Shown here piece after piece: positions 54,923-64,000 of a stretch of 64,000 nt of DNA. The translations under genes were made by a program, and so were the position numbers. How positions within the stretch are numbered: position 1 is the stretch's first letter; each line of letters begins with the position of its first letter. The stretch is from an uncultured virus (IMG/VR IMGVR_UViG_3300025174_000006) (taxonomy: Duplodnaviria > Heunggongvirae > Uroviricota > Caudoviricetes). The notes below the pieces were generated by a model, which was not told the origin of the DNA, made no database searches, and was given only the letters and a program-made list of their open reading frames with translations. The stretch is taken from the IMG/VR virus record IMGVR_UViG_3300025174_000006; one strand, given 5' to 3'.

Positions 54923-55191
54923 AAGATTTTAAATTAGGTGATACAGTTGATATAATTAATTTTGGTACAAATAAAACTGAAGAACGAAGTTTGAAAACTT
55001 TTTTATGTGGATGCGACAAATATAAGAGTATTAATTCAAAAGGTACTGTGCATGAAAATTATTATTTTTACGCATTTGATAATCAAAATGTATTGCGTGA
55101 GTATTATGCTGGAGATTCTTATCCATATATGAGGATTTATACCTGTAGGATGGTTCTATTTGAAAAACAAAATAAATATTTAATTTTATAA
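54919..55191 (+). CDS. GDT...TCRMVLxEK family
   Basis: FKLGDTV...YTCRMVLFEK. Confidence 0.75.
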   Translation: MKDFKLGDTVDIINFGTNKTEERSLKTFLCGCDKYKSINSKGTVHENYYFYAFDNQNVLREYYAGDSYPYMRIYTCRMVLFEKQNKYLIL

Positions 55192-55445
55192 TGGAAGAGA
55201 TAGAGTTTGAATTAGGAGATACGATTGCTTTTATTTCCCAGCATGGATATAACAAAAAAGGGTTTATAATATTTAAAAATTCATGGTTTTATAACAAAGA
55301 TTGTTTCACCTATAGATTAATTGAATATAGCGGCAGAAGATATCAAGTAGATAGAGGTTGTGGATTTGAAAGCACAATGCGTACTTGCCGGATGGTTTTG
55401 TTTGAAAAGACGCATAAATGTTTGAGGAAACGCATAATTATATAA
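55191..55445 (+). CDS. GDT...TCRMVLxEK family
   Basis: FELGDTI...RTCRMVLFEK. Confidence 0.75.
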   Translation: MEEIEFELGDTIAFISQHGYNKKGFIIFKNSWFYNKDCFTYRLIEYSGRRYQVDRGCGFESTMRTCRMVLFEKTHKCLRKRIII

Positions 55446-55455
55446 AGAAATTACA

Positions 55456-55692
55456 ATGGAAGAAATTTTATTTTTAGAAGGAGATACTATTAATTTAAAA
55501 AATAGTGATGTAAAAGGGTTTTTGTTTAAGATTCTTGATTGGATTCTTATTAATTCATATGATGATGAAACACCTTACAAAACAATAATAATTGAAAATT
55601 GTAAAGAAGAAAGAGGATTTTACATTGTGAAAAAAAAAGATTTAAGTTTATATACCTGCAGGATGGTTTTGATTGAGAAAAATAAACTGTGA
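55456..55692 (+). CDS. GDT...TCRMVLxEK family
   Basis: FLEGDTI...YTCRMVLIEK. Confidence 0.75.
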   Translation: MEEILFLEGDTINLKNSDVKGFLFKILDWILINSYDDETPYKTIIIENCKEERGFYIVKKKDLSLYTCRMVLIEKNKL

Positions 55693-55949
55693 TTAAATGA
55701 AAACAAAAGGCAAGTGATAATTTACCACTTGCCTTCCGGTTTAATAAAAAATAAATTTATTGGTCATTTTCTGAATTAGAATCTTTGCTCCATTGCAATA
55801 AAAATCCTATTCCGAAGAACAATACGGTAATCCAACTAAGTACAGTACAAAAAAATGATGCATTATCATCAGTATTTTTCCTGGTTATTACATAAGCTAT
55901 TATAGCTCCTATCAAATATATTATAAAAATCGTCATTATATTTATTGTT

Positions 55950-56693
55950 TTAAATTTTTTCTTTTTCTTCTCCGTTGTCAGATAGTAAAGTATCACTAAA
56001 ATTAGAATCCATTGTTGCAAATGATGCACTTCTCATACGTTTTACTGAGCTACTCATATTCATATAAGCCACATTAACTCCTCTTAAAGTATTAGAATAA
56101 GACATTGTATTTCCTGCAGAAACACCCATTCCTCCACCGGCTTGCATTGTATCTATATTGGCTCCAATGAATAAAAACGCCCATTTGTCATCATCTTTTC
56201 TTTTTTGAATTAAATCAAAAACAGATTTTTGGGTATATTCCTTACTGGAATTTTCCTGACCATCGGTCATGATAAGGAAAATCACTTTATCAGATTTATC
56301 TTTAGAATCTTTCCATTTAGTATAAACAGAGTCAATAGTTGCGCCAATGGCATCAAACATGGCGGTCATTCCTCTTGGAACAAATGTATCTTTATTTAAT
56401 TCCGGAACATCTTTAATGTCGAGTCTTTCATGAATGATTTCATATGTCTTACCATCAACAGCTCCATAACTGGAACCGCCATCAAATAAGCATAATGTTA
56501 ATTTTGCTTTACCGGTAGATTTTTTTTGATCTGCAAGGAAAGAGTTAAATCCTTCGATTGTTTTTTCTGTTAGTCCGGAAGTTCTAATAGAAGTTGAGCG
56601 GTCAAGAACACAAATAATGTCTGTAGTTTCGTCTGTTGCTTTTGTGGTTTTCTTCTTACTTGTTTTTTCTTTTTTTGCTTTAGTTTTTGCCAT
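55950..56693 (-). CDS. vWA domain protein
   Basis: MIDAS-like DRSTS, RGMTAMFDAIG and IMTDGQENSS motifs. Confidence 0.85.
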   Translation of the reverse strand: MAKTKAKKEKTSKKKTTKATDETTDIICVLDRSTSIRTSGLTEKTIEGFNSFLADQKKSTGKAKLTLCLFDGGSSYGAVDGKTYEIIHERLDIKDVPELNKDTFVPRGMTAMFDAIGATIDSVYTKWKDSKDKSDKVIFLIMTDGQENSSKEYTQKSVFDLIQKRKDDDKWAFLFIGANIDTMQAGGGMGVSAGNTMSYSNTLRGVNVAYMNMSSSVKRMRSASFATMDSNFSDTLLSDNGEEKEKI

Positions 56694-57267
56694 TGTTATT
56701 TTGTTTTTAATTGGTTAATTGCAAATATAATATATTTTCTTAAAAAATGAAATAGTTATTGTTTCATTTAAAAATGTTTGTTTAAAAGTTGAAATAAATT
56801 TTCTTTTTCTTGAGAATTGTCTAAGCGATTAACTTCTGAAAATATTTCATTTCTTACGGTTTTTTCCTTTATTTTATTGTTCAGTTCCAATAAAGAAGTC
56901 TCATCTATAATAGAATTTGAAATGGTTGATAAATCGCTTAAATATTTATCAAAAGAAACATTTTCATATCCACTAGGTTCCATTTTAGCGATAAGTTCAT
57001 TTACTAATTTTAGTGTTGTTGTCATATTTTTCACATTTTTCTTTTTCCTCTGTTTGGTCCGCTTGCGTAATAATCATCTTCGTCATCGTCATATGTAGCT
57101 ATTTTTTTAACTTCATATAAACAAGTAATAAATAAAAATGGAGCCAATATCCACCACCATGCACTTGAATAGATTGCGTCATTTATACAGACTCCGGTAG
57201 CTAAACCAGTTATGATAGCCCAAATAATATTCCAGAGCATAGAGCGTTTATTGATTGTTGTCATTGT

Positions 57268-57531
57268 CTAATCTATTAATTTATCTTGTTTAGTTTTTCT
57301 CACTCTTACAGAACTCGGAATATTAACATCAGTTTGAACGCCACATTCACAGCATTCGAATGTAGTATATATTTCACGTCCTCCACCATAATCTTCGTTA
57401 TATGTATTATAAAAATCTCCTTCTTCAACCAACAAAATAGAACCACATCCGCCTTCTCCATTTCCTTTACCGGTACATTCAATTTCTTTAACCCAACCTT
57501 TTTGTGCTCTTCCTTTTTTTATTGTTTTCAT
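57268..57531 (-). CDS. Zn-ribbon-like small protein
   Basis: CTG....GCGS...CCECG. Confidence 0.65.
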   Translation of the reverse strand: MKTIKKGRAQKGWVKEIECTGKGNGEGGCGSILLVEEGDFYNTYNEDYGGGREIYTTFECCECGVQTDVNIPSSVRVRKTKQDKLID

Positions 57532-57872
57532 TGTTGTTTTTTTTGAGTTGAAATTATCTGGGATAATATATTTCTACTTACTTCTGCTTTAAATTCAAGA
57601 TGCACAACATAAGCAGTAATTCTATCTAACAAATAAGCGTTGAGCAATTTATCTTGCAATATGTTAGAATCAGATACTGGATAAGCGTCATGAATTGTAA
57701 ATTCCTCTTTATGAATATAATAAAACTGTTTAATATTTTTACTATCAGGTTTATTTGTCCTAAGAACTTTGGTACCGCCATCTCTTACAATGTCAATTAA
57801 TTCGATGTGAAATAATTCTCCGGATGATTTTATATATTCTAAAATTAGAGCTTCTGAAGTTTCTTTGTTCAT
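57528..57872 (-). CDS. hypothetical protein
   Basis: 114 aa; TACATTTG box upstream. Confidence 0.65.
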   Translation of the reverse strand: MNKETSEALILEYIKSSGELFHIELIDIVRDGGTKVLRTNKPDSKNIKQFYYIHKEEFTIHDAYPVSDSNILQDKLLNAYLLDRITAYVVHLEFKAEVSRNILSQIISTQKKQQ

Positions 57873-57973
57873 TTATTATTTTACGTTAGATGACTACAAA
57901 TGTAAAACATGTTTTTTATATATTCAAGAAATCTGGATATTATTTTGAAAAAAAATTTTAATTTCTCACATCC

Positions 57974-58210
57974 ATTGAGTAATTTGTTTTTTAAAGTTTC
58001 TTCGTCATCATTGTGTAATTAATTTTTTTGAGCTTCTTTACAGGGTATTGTGTAACTTTTTTAAATTTTATATTTTTCATTCTTTGCTAGGATTGTGTAA
58101 CTTTATAATTTTGAGATTCTTCCATCATTGTGTAACTTTTTTAAATTTGTTATATTCATGTTGTGTAAAATCCATTTAAATTTACTTCTTCTAACCCATT
58201 GTATAACTTT
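57974..58210. repeat. seven spaced ATTGTGTAACTTT-like direct repeats, iteron-like
   Basis: starts at 57974, 58010, 58047, 58092, 58127, 58160 and 58198 in an intergenic region. Confidence 0.75.
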
Positions 58211-58561
58211 TATAAAAGTAGTTATTTTTTGTTACTTTTATGTCTATATTTATAGTGCTCATTTTAAGGTGGTTATGTGTTAAATAACAAAAAAGTTATG
58301 CAATGATATGAGAAGCTATTTAATTATGACAAATGTAATTATTTTTTCGGTGATATACTTATGATATTGTAAAATAACATATGATACTATTTTTTGCTGT
58401 GACATAAAAAATTAAGGTTAAAAAAACAATTGATATTTATTATTACGGAACAAAACAAGTTTAAAAAATAAAAATACCGGCTAAAAATACCGGCGGTGCG
58501 GCTTCGCCAAAATATTAGTTATTTATAAAATAATGCAGTATTTATTATTAAACACAAAACA

Positions 58562-58900
58562 ATGAAAAAAGACTTATTAAAAGAGGAGCTTGGCAGAATG
58601 AGAAAGCTGGCTGGTATAATTAATGAAAATTCATTTTTAGAAGATGTTAACATTACAGAAGCTCAAGACGTAATGGTAGCAGACATGAAAGAAGAGGCTC
58701 AAGGACTTATGATTGAAGTGAAAGATTCATTGGATTTTGCAAGTGCAAAGCTCTATGAACTACAAAAAATGGCGAGTGCTATAATAATGGATTATCCTGA
58801 ACTTTCAATTTATATATCCGGAACGGTAGAACCAATGATGGAAGCATTTGAAAAAACATATCCCACTCAATTAAAAGAACTATTAAAAAAGTTTCATTAA
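58562..58900 (+). CDS. hypothetical protein, possible late or virion-associated
   Basis: LLKEELGRMRKLAGIINE N-terminus; TATTTAT upstream. Confidence 0.6.
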   Translation: MKKDLLKEELGRMRKLAGIINENSFLEDVNITEAQDVMVADMKEEAQGLMIEVKDSLDFASAKLYELQKMASAIIMDYPELSIYISGTVEPMMEAFEKTYPTQLKELLKKFH

Positions 58901-59478
58901 TATAACCATAATTTTATTTATCTTTGACGGTAGCAACTTTTGGTTGCTATTTTCGTTTAATGTGATATAAGAAACATTAAAGTGTTATAATTAGTTCACC
59001 AAATAAATAAAACAATGGATAGTAGCCAAATATACAGAATGATGATTTATTTTGCTCATAGCACAATAATAATTTACGGCAAAACAATAATTGACAAAAA
59101 GGAAATGACAATTAAAGAGTTTAGAGAACAAAACAAGGAAGTTGTTCAACGTATTTTTGATGAAGGATTATCGATTTTTAACTATGAACTATCTTACGAC
59201 CAAGTAAGTAAAGCTATTGCTGTGTATTTGAAATCAAAATACGACCCTTCGTCTGTTTTTGAAAGAAAAATCTATCAAACAAAATCCGTTTAAATTATGG
59301 AAAAACAGGAAACTTTCACCAAAGAAAACTTTGAAAACTTAAAAAATGTATGCGAAAAGATAATTGCTCTTTCCGATGAAAACATTGATGGAAAGCTTAT
59401 GTTCTCTCAACTCCAGTGTTTGGGTGAAAGAATAAAAGATTTTAAACAAAATCCAATTATAAATAATTCCGGATTAAT

Positions 59479-59958
59479 ATGAAAGAATTCTTAAAAGAAG
59501 CACAATCTTATTTATCGGTATTTAGTTCATTGTTGATGATTGGGTTGATTTATCAACTATATACTCTTCCGGATAAAATAAGTAATGTATTTGGAATTAA
59601 AGACATTACACACGACACTGTAACTATAACGAAAACAGTTACTGCTACTTTGCAGACATCTGGTAATTTTGTTTATTTTGAAGGCACATTGACTTCGGAA
59701 AAATTCAGATTTAGAGATAAATTTGAATACGATACAAGATATCCGACCGAAATTTATCAAGGCTGGCTGATACTTGCCGAATCAAAGGCAAAAGGAAAAT
59801 TTTTTCTTTGGAATAGAAATGAGCCTCCTAATTTAAGTATTCCTATTCAAGGATGGTTTTTTGGTGATAATTTAAGTGTATTTGGAACTAATGAAAATAA
59901 AGAATTTTGTCAGGTATTATATCCGATAGTGGAAAAACAATGGAAAGATAATAACTAA
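59479..59958 (+). CDS. membrane-anchored hypothetical protein
   Basis: N-terminal hydrophobic helix. Confidence 0.6.
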   Translation: MKEFLKEAQSYLSVFSSLLMIGLIYQLYTLPDKISNVFGIKDITHDTVTITKTVTATLQTSGNFVYFEGTLTSEKFRFRDKFEYDTRYPTEIYQGWLILAESKAKGKFFLWNRNEPPNLSIPIQGWFFGDNLSVFGTNENKEFCQVLYPIVEKQWKDNN

Positions 59959-60568
59959 TTTAAAAAAATAAAATGGGCATAATAGATGGGCAAGCTTGGG
60001 AACATACATATCCTGATGACGTTAGAAAAGTAAAAGAAGAAGAAAAAATTTCAGAAGAAGATTTTAGAAACTTTATTCGAGCCAATCACTTGACGGACTT
60101 ATGGGAAACTTGGATTAAAAACAACATTCAAAATAGCAAGGAAAGAAGTAAATGAAAACAGTATTAACATTTTTATTCGGAACATTAATGGTGATTGGAT
60201 TAATCATTGGAATAATATTCGTATTTGTATTTATTTTCAATCCTTCTGTTATATATTTTAAAATTTTAATATCAGGATGGGCAGCATATTTAATTTTTGG
60301 AAGGTTGGTTCCAGATTAATTTAAAATAATCAATCATAAAATGAAAAAAGTATTATTAGTTATTGTTGCATTTTCGTTGTCGAATTGCGACATAAGCGTT
60401 AGAAAAACAAACGCACAATCAGAAATATTTTATCAGACTTACACAAGAGAAATAGTAGAATTCGATGGAATGAAATATTTACTTTTATATGTTGTTAATA
60501 AATCATCGCAAACCGGATATTCAATAACGACAATTAACCTAACAAAAGACAAGTTAGAAGTTGAATTA

Positions 60569-61690
60569 TTACGGCACCAATTGACAGTCGTTAATTGTAT
60601 ATTCAATATCCAATTTGTTTTTTACCAACTTATTACTATAAACGGTTCTGACCACATAAGATAATGGAACCCCTGTTTTAAGGTCAGATGATTGACCTAA
60701 TAAAGTAGTTAAAGAGCTTAAAGAATTGCTGTTAATTGCTGAAAAAGTACTGGTAGTACTACCTCCAAGTGCAATTACTTTAATTGACAAATTTTCTAAT
60801 GTAGATAAATAATTCGCATCAATATTTCCAGATACCGGTATACCATCAAAAGAAACATTAATTGCAGCTGTTATTTCTTCTTTTGAAGAAGTAGATTCAA
60901 TGAGTAGATAAAATACACGTCCATAAGTTACATCTGATACATAACATGCCGGATTATCTTTGCCAACATACTTAGCAAGATCCATAGGTTTAACGGTTGG
61001 GTCAAAGAAATCATCATATGATGGTGGTATATCATAACTCATAGTAAAAAATGTTTGTTTTAATTCTACCAAATAATGATTTGCTGTTGAATTATTTAAA
61101 AAAGACAAATTAGCAACTATAGTTACCGGTGAAATTTCAACATTTAATCCAAGTGCTAATGATAATTCTTCATTCGTTTTAACTAACTCATGATTAAAAG
61201 TAAATCTTGCCGGCATAACTTTATTGTTACTAAAAATAATATTATTTAATGCTTGTGTAACTACGCTTTTTTTAATTTCATTTAAATTCACATACACAGA
61301 GCCGGAACCATTAATAATATCAATAGACACTGTTCCTCCACCACGTTTTACTGCAATAACATCTGGAGTTGCATTATTTAAAGAAGCTCCTTGTAATAAA
61401 CTTCCAGGATAAACTACTGATACGTTAGGGTCATATAATGGATAATACATATTTCCTTGCAAAACACTCCAAGTACTATTTGTACAATTCCAATTACCAC
61501 TATCAACAGGTACTGAAGTTGTATTTACATCAATAAGATTTTTATAATCACTAAATGGAGCAAATTCACCTCCTGATTTTAAAACTTCTTCATATGATAC
61601 ATTTTCACTTGGTGATACGTCTTTTTTACAAGAGTTTAAAGTGATTAAAGTAATAAACATTAGACTGATAAAATAAAAGTGTTTTTTCAT
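60569..61690 (-). CDS. thiol-activated cytolysin family (CDC-like) lipoprotein
   Basis: lipobox LNSC; VYPGSLLQG, YVSDVTYGR and GVPLSY motifs; no domain-4 undecapeptide. Confidence 0.8.
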   Translation of the reverse strand: MKKHFYFISLMFITLITLNSCKKDVSPSENVSYEEVLKSGGEFAPFSDYKNLIDVNTTSVPVDSGNWNCTNSTWSVLQGNMYYPLYDPNVSVVYPGSLLQGASLNNATPDVIAVKRGGGTVSIDIINGSGSVYVNLNEIKKSVVTQALNNIIFSNNKVMPARFTFNHELVKTNEELSLALGLNVEISPVTIVANLSFLNNSTANHYLVELKQTFFTMSYDIPPSYDDFFDPTVKPMDLAKYVGKDNPACYVSDVTYGRVFYLLIESTSSKEEITAAINVSFDGIPVSGNIDANYLSTLENLSIKVIALGGSTTSTFSAINSNSLSSLTTLLGQSSDLKTGVPLSYVVRTVYSNKLVKNKLDIEYTINDCQLVP

Positions 61691-61826
61691 TTGTTTATGG
61701 ATTAGGTGTGTATGTTCTATGTAAATATTTAGTTTTTTCCGTTTTACAAATATATATTTTTTATTTTAGATTGTCAATTATTGAGTTTATTTGATTTTAA
61801 TTGTTTTTTTATTTAAATTTGTGGAA

Positions 61827-62129
61827 ATGAATGAATTTTCAAAATACGATACTGTTATGGCTATAAAAGGAGATAGACTTAGATTTGAAAAAGGATTATA
61901 TCTAACTTCTTTTAAACGGCATGTTGAATTTGAGAGTGAATATAAAACAATTATTTTGTATAATACTGAAAGAAAAAGAATAATAAAATTTTATGGAAAG
62001 AGACATATAATCAGAATTTTTTCTACACGAATGGTTTTAACTGAAAAAAGCATAGTTAAAAAAGTAACAATAGCTATTGAAAATAACGTAGGATTTAAAA
62101 ATAGAATAAATAGTAATACTTTTTTTTAA
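61827..62129 (+). CDS. GDT...RMVLxEK family, dispersed member
   Basis: FSKYDTV...STRMVLTEK. Confidence 0.7.
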   Translation: MNEFSKYDTVMAIKGDRLRFEKGLYLTSFKRHVEFESEYKTIILYNTERKRIIKFYGKRHIIRIFSTRMVLTEKSIVKKVTIAIENNVGFKNRINSNTFF

Positions 62130-62145
62130 AAATTCTCATTTTAAA

Positions 62146-62177
62146 ATTTGCTGGATAGAAATAAATTCCTACATTTG
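62146..62177 (+). promoter_or_regulatory. Bacteroidota primary-sigma promoter
   Basis: TTTG-N20-TACATTTG upstream of 62228. Confidence 0.7.
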
Positions 62178-62227
62178 CAATCTCAATTAATTAAAATCAA
62201 ATTAAACATTATCAAATCTTAAACATC

Positions 62228-63025
62228 ATGAAATTAAAATTAAACACTCTATTAGCTAAGACAGACCACTTAGCTACGTCTTACAAAAACTCTATTAAAG
62301 ATTACATTGGTTTCTTCAAAGATAAACAATCCGCTTTTAAAGGCGAGAAGAAAACTTATGATCCAAAATCAGGGACAATCGACATTCCTTCTGAAAGAGG
62401 AAATAAAATGGTTGTTACAACCGTAAAAGAAAAGCTTGACTGGTTAAAAGAAACCAATACCGAATATATTAATGCGTTATTTTCTCAGGAAGCTACAAAC
62501 GCAAATGGATTAGCTAAAGCGAAACTTGCAATTGACGGAATTGAATTCGGAGAATTTTCTTCTCTTGAGCTTTTGCGTTTGAAATCTCTTATTGAAAACG
62601 GTGAGCTTGAACAAATGTATGCCAACATTCCAGTTCGTGCTGACGATGAAGAATGGAATAAAACAGATGAAGACCAATACGTAGAAAGAGAAATCTTTGA
62701 AGGTAAGAAACAAGAAGGGATTAAAAAATCCATCACAAAAGAAAGTTATATACTTTCTGACCCCAACATCAAAGAATTAAAAGATTCTTCTTCTTATAAG
62801 CCACAAATGGCTTCTAAAGACACTATTATTGAACTTGGGGATTATTCTTATCAAAAATTTTCCGGTGAATGGTCTCACAGAGAAAGAGCAGAATTGCTTC
62901 GCAGAAGAACAAAACTTTTGAGTGCTGTAATTGAAGCGTTGAAAATTGCAAATGAAGCAGAAGTAATTAATTCAAATATGACTGCAGATAAGTTGTTCAA
63001 TTTTTTACATACCGGTAAAATTTAA
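62228..63025 (+). CDS. conserved uncharacterised protein upstream of a structured ncRNA
   Basis: 265 aa; GEKKTYDP, EATNA..AKA, FSG...R.ELL.R...L..AV..A...AN pattern. Confidence 0.75.
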   Translation: MKLKLNTLLAKTDHLATSYKNSIKDYIGFFKDKQSAFKGEKKTYDPKSGTIDIPSERGNKMVVTTVKEKLDWLKETNTEYINALFSQEATNANGLAKAKLAIDGIEFGEFSSLELLRLKSLIENGELEQMYANIPVRADDEEWNKTDEDQYVEREIFEGKKQEGIKKSITKESYILSDPNIKELKDSSSYKPQMASKDTIIELGDYSYQKFSGEWSHRERAELLRRRTKLLSAVIEALKIANEAEVINSNMTADKLFNFLHTGKI

Positions 63026-63031
63026 AAACTA

Positions 63032-63211
63032 ATGGACAAAGATAAACTTAATTGGGGATTGATTTCTTGGGTGTTGTATTCAATTAGTGCGTATGTTTTA
63101 CTAATACCATTTTTTGAATATTCCTTAAAAACACTGAGTGGTTCCATAATATTAGGTTTTTTCGGAAGTTTATTAAACATCATAATACAGTTATTAAATA
63201 AAAAAAATTAA
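63032..63211 (+). CDS. small membrane protein (59 aa)
   Basis: MDKDKLNWGLISWVLY...; two hydrophobic segments. Confidence 0.55.
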   Translation: MDKDKLNWGLISWVLYSISAYVLLIPFFEYSLKTLSGSIILGFFGSLLNIIIQLLNKKN

Positions 63212-63213
63212 AC

Positions 63214-63292
63214 GTTCACTGCTGGAAGTTACAATATGTCGTACGTAACAGTTGCAAATTGAGTTAAATGGTTCCAGCGCCTCAAGGTGAAC
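63214..63292 (+). ncRNA. candidate structured RNA
   Basis: nested stems GTTCAC/GTGAAC, GCTGGAA/TTCCAGC and GTTAC/GTAAC. Confidence 0.45.
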
Positions 63293-63325
63293 ACTTATTA
63301 AAATCGTTCTTTAAAATATTTAAAA

Positions 63326-63606
63326 TACTGACGGAGCGTGAACTTCATAATTAGCCTTACATTTAAAATTGCGGTTTTAATGTTGAGTCAGAAGCTTCAT
63401 AATCATGTTAAAAACGAATAGAAAATCAAGTAAAAAAGCAAGAAACTGGTGGTTCGAATCCACTCCCATCCTCTTTAAAAACAAAAAACAAGGACGGGCA
63501 GTTTGAGCGGGGAAACGCTTGTTAAATAAACTATAAACTTGGTTAATTTCTATTCATACATTTTCAGTAATGTACAGCCCCGGAGCTAGGATATATGCTA
63601 CGGGGC
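63326..63606 (+). ncRNA. ncRNA with a circularly permuted tRNA-like domain (YrlA-like topology)
   Basis: T-arm, loop-closed acceptor stem, then D-arm, inside long closing stems; 3' GC-rich hairpin. Confidence 0.7.
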
Positions 63607-63610
63607 ATTT

Positions 63611-63712
63611 GGGAAAATACGAGAATTGGTATATCGGCTATGAAAAAGAAATCCGCAAAGCTTTTTTTAGTGACCGAAAGGTGTAGGGGTTCGATGCCCT
63701 TTTTTCCCACCA
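63611..63712 (+). tRNA. tRNA-like gene with an extended anticodon arm and long variable arm, identity unclear
   Basis: GGGAAAA/TTTTCCC-ACCA, D-arm CGA-GAATTGGTATA-TCG, T-arm AGGGG-TTCGATG-CCCTT. Confidence 0.65.
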
Positions 63713-63716
63713 AATA

Positions 63717-64000
63717 ATGAACACAGAAGAACAAGAAATAATAAAAGAATTCTCAATTCTTGAAGATTGGATGGAAAAATACGACCATCTTATCAAACTT
63801 GGAAAATCCATGAAAACCATGGATGAAAATAATAAAATCGATGAAAATTTAATTAAAGGATGCCAGAGCCGAGTTTGGTTGCATTCTGAATTTTTGAATG
63901 ACAAAGTTATTTTCACTGCGGATAGTGATACTACAATTACAAAAGGAATGGTTTCAATGCTGGTAAGAGTTTTTTCTAACCGGACCGCATTAGAAATTAT
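63717..64000 (+). CDS. sufE: SufE-family Fe-S sulfur acceptor, truncated by the window end
   Basis: EFSILEDWMEKYDHLIKLGK...IKGCQSRVWL...ADSD. Confidence 0.9.
   Translation, partial: MNTEEQEIIKEFSILEDWMEKYDHLIKLGKSMKTMDENNKIDENLIKGCQSRVWLHSEFLNDKVIFTADSDTTITKGMVSMLVRVFSNRTALEI

Noticed and set aside
52814..55692. Diversity-generating retroelement
   Set aside because: No reverse transcriptase and no TR/VR pair differing only at adenines; the variable regions differ in length.
57974..58210. Mini CRISPR array
   Set aside because: Repeats are only about 13 bp and degenerate, and the spacers are short and partly similar to each other.
63638..63916. Minus-strand 92-aa ORF in the track
   Set aside because: Antisense shadow of the tRNA-like gene and sufE.
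1..64000. Stop-codon reassignment as the cause of the many short ORFs
   Set aside because: Recognisable enzymes are intact under the standard code, and the short ORFs have their own promoters and mostly TAA stops.

Overview
This is an AT-rich window, most likely from a large (jumbo) phage of a Bacteroidota host. The host call rests on TAnnTTTG promoter boxes, A-rich leaders without Shine-Dalgarno sites, and Bacteroidota-type lipoproteins. No structural or replication core genes are present. Layout: (1) 1-6 kb holds an operon of an adenine MTase, a PD-(D/E)XK-like nuclease and an SF2 helicase. (2) 6-7 kb is non-coding and dense in AGGATTTTAC. (3) 11-50.7 kb is a highly modular early-type region of many small ORFs. 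Most have their own copy of an ECF-like promoter (TGTAAC-N17-nGTATAGTACATT, about 55-60 copies by eye). They are grouped into blocks that end in a terminator and are separated by 15 copies of a conserved 81-84 bp double-dyad element (GATATACG-N19-TGTCAC-N15-18-GTGACA-N19-CGTATATC). (4) 52.7-55.7 kb is a tandem family of small paralogues with fixed ends (GDT...TCRMVLxEK) and variable middles. (5) The right end carries a vWA protein, a cytolysin-like lipoprotein, a conserved protein followed by a circularly permuted tRNA-like ncRNA, aberrant tRNA-like genes and sufE. The strongest candidates for undescribed systems are the double-dyad element array, the protein plus permuted tRNA-like RNA pair, and a structured leader placed before AUC start codons. 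All calls come from reading the sequence by eye; no searches were run.
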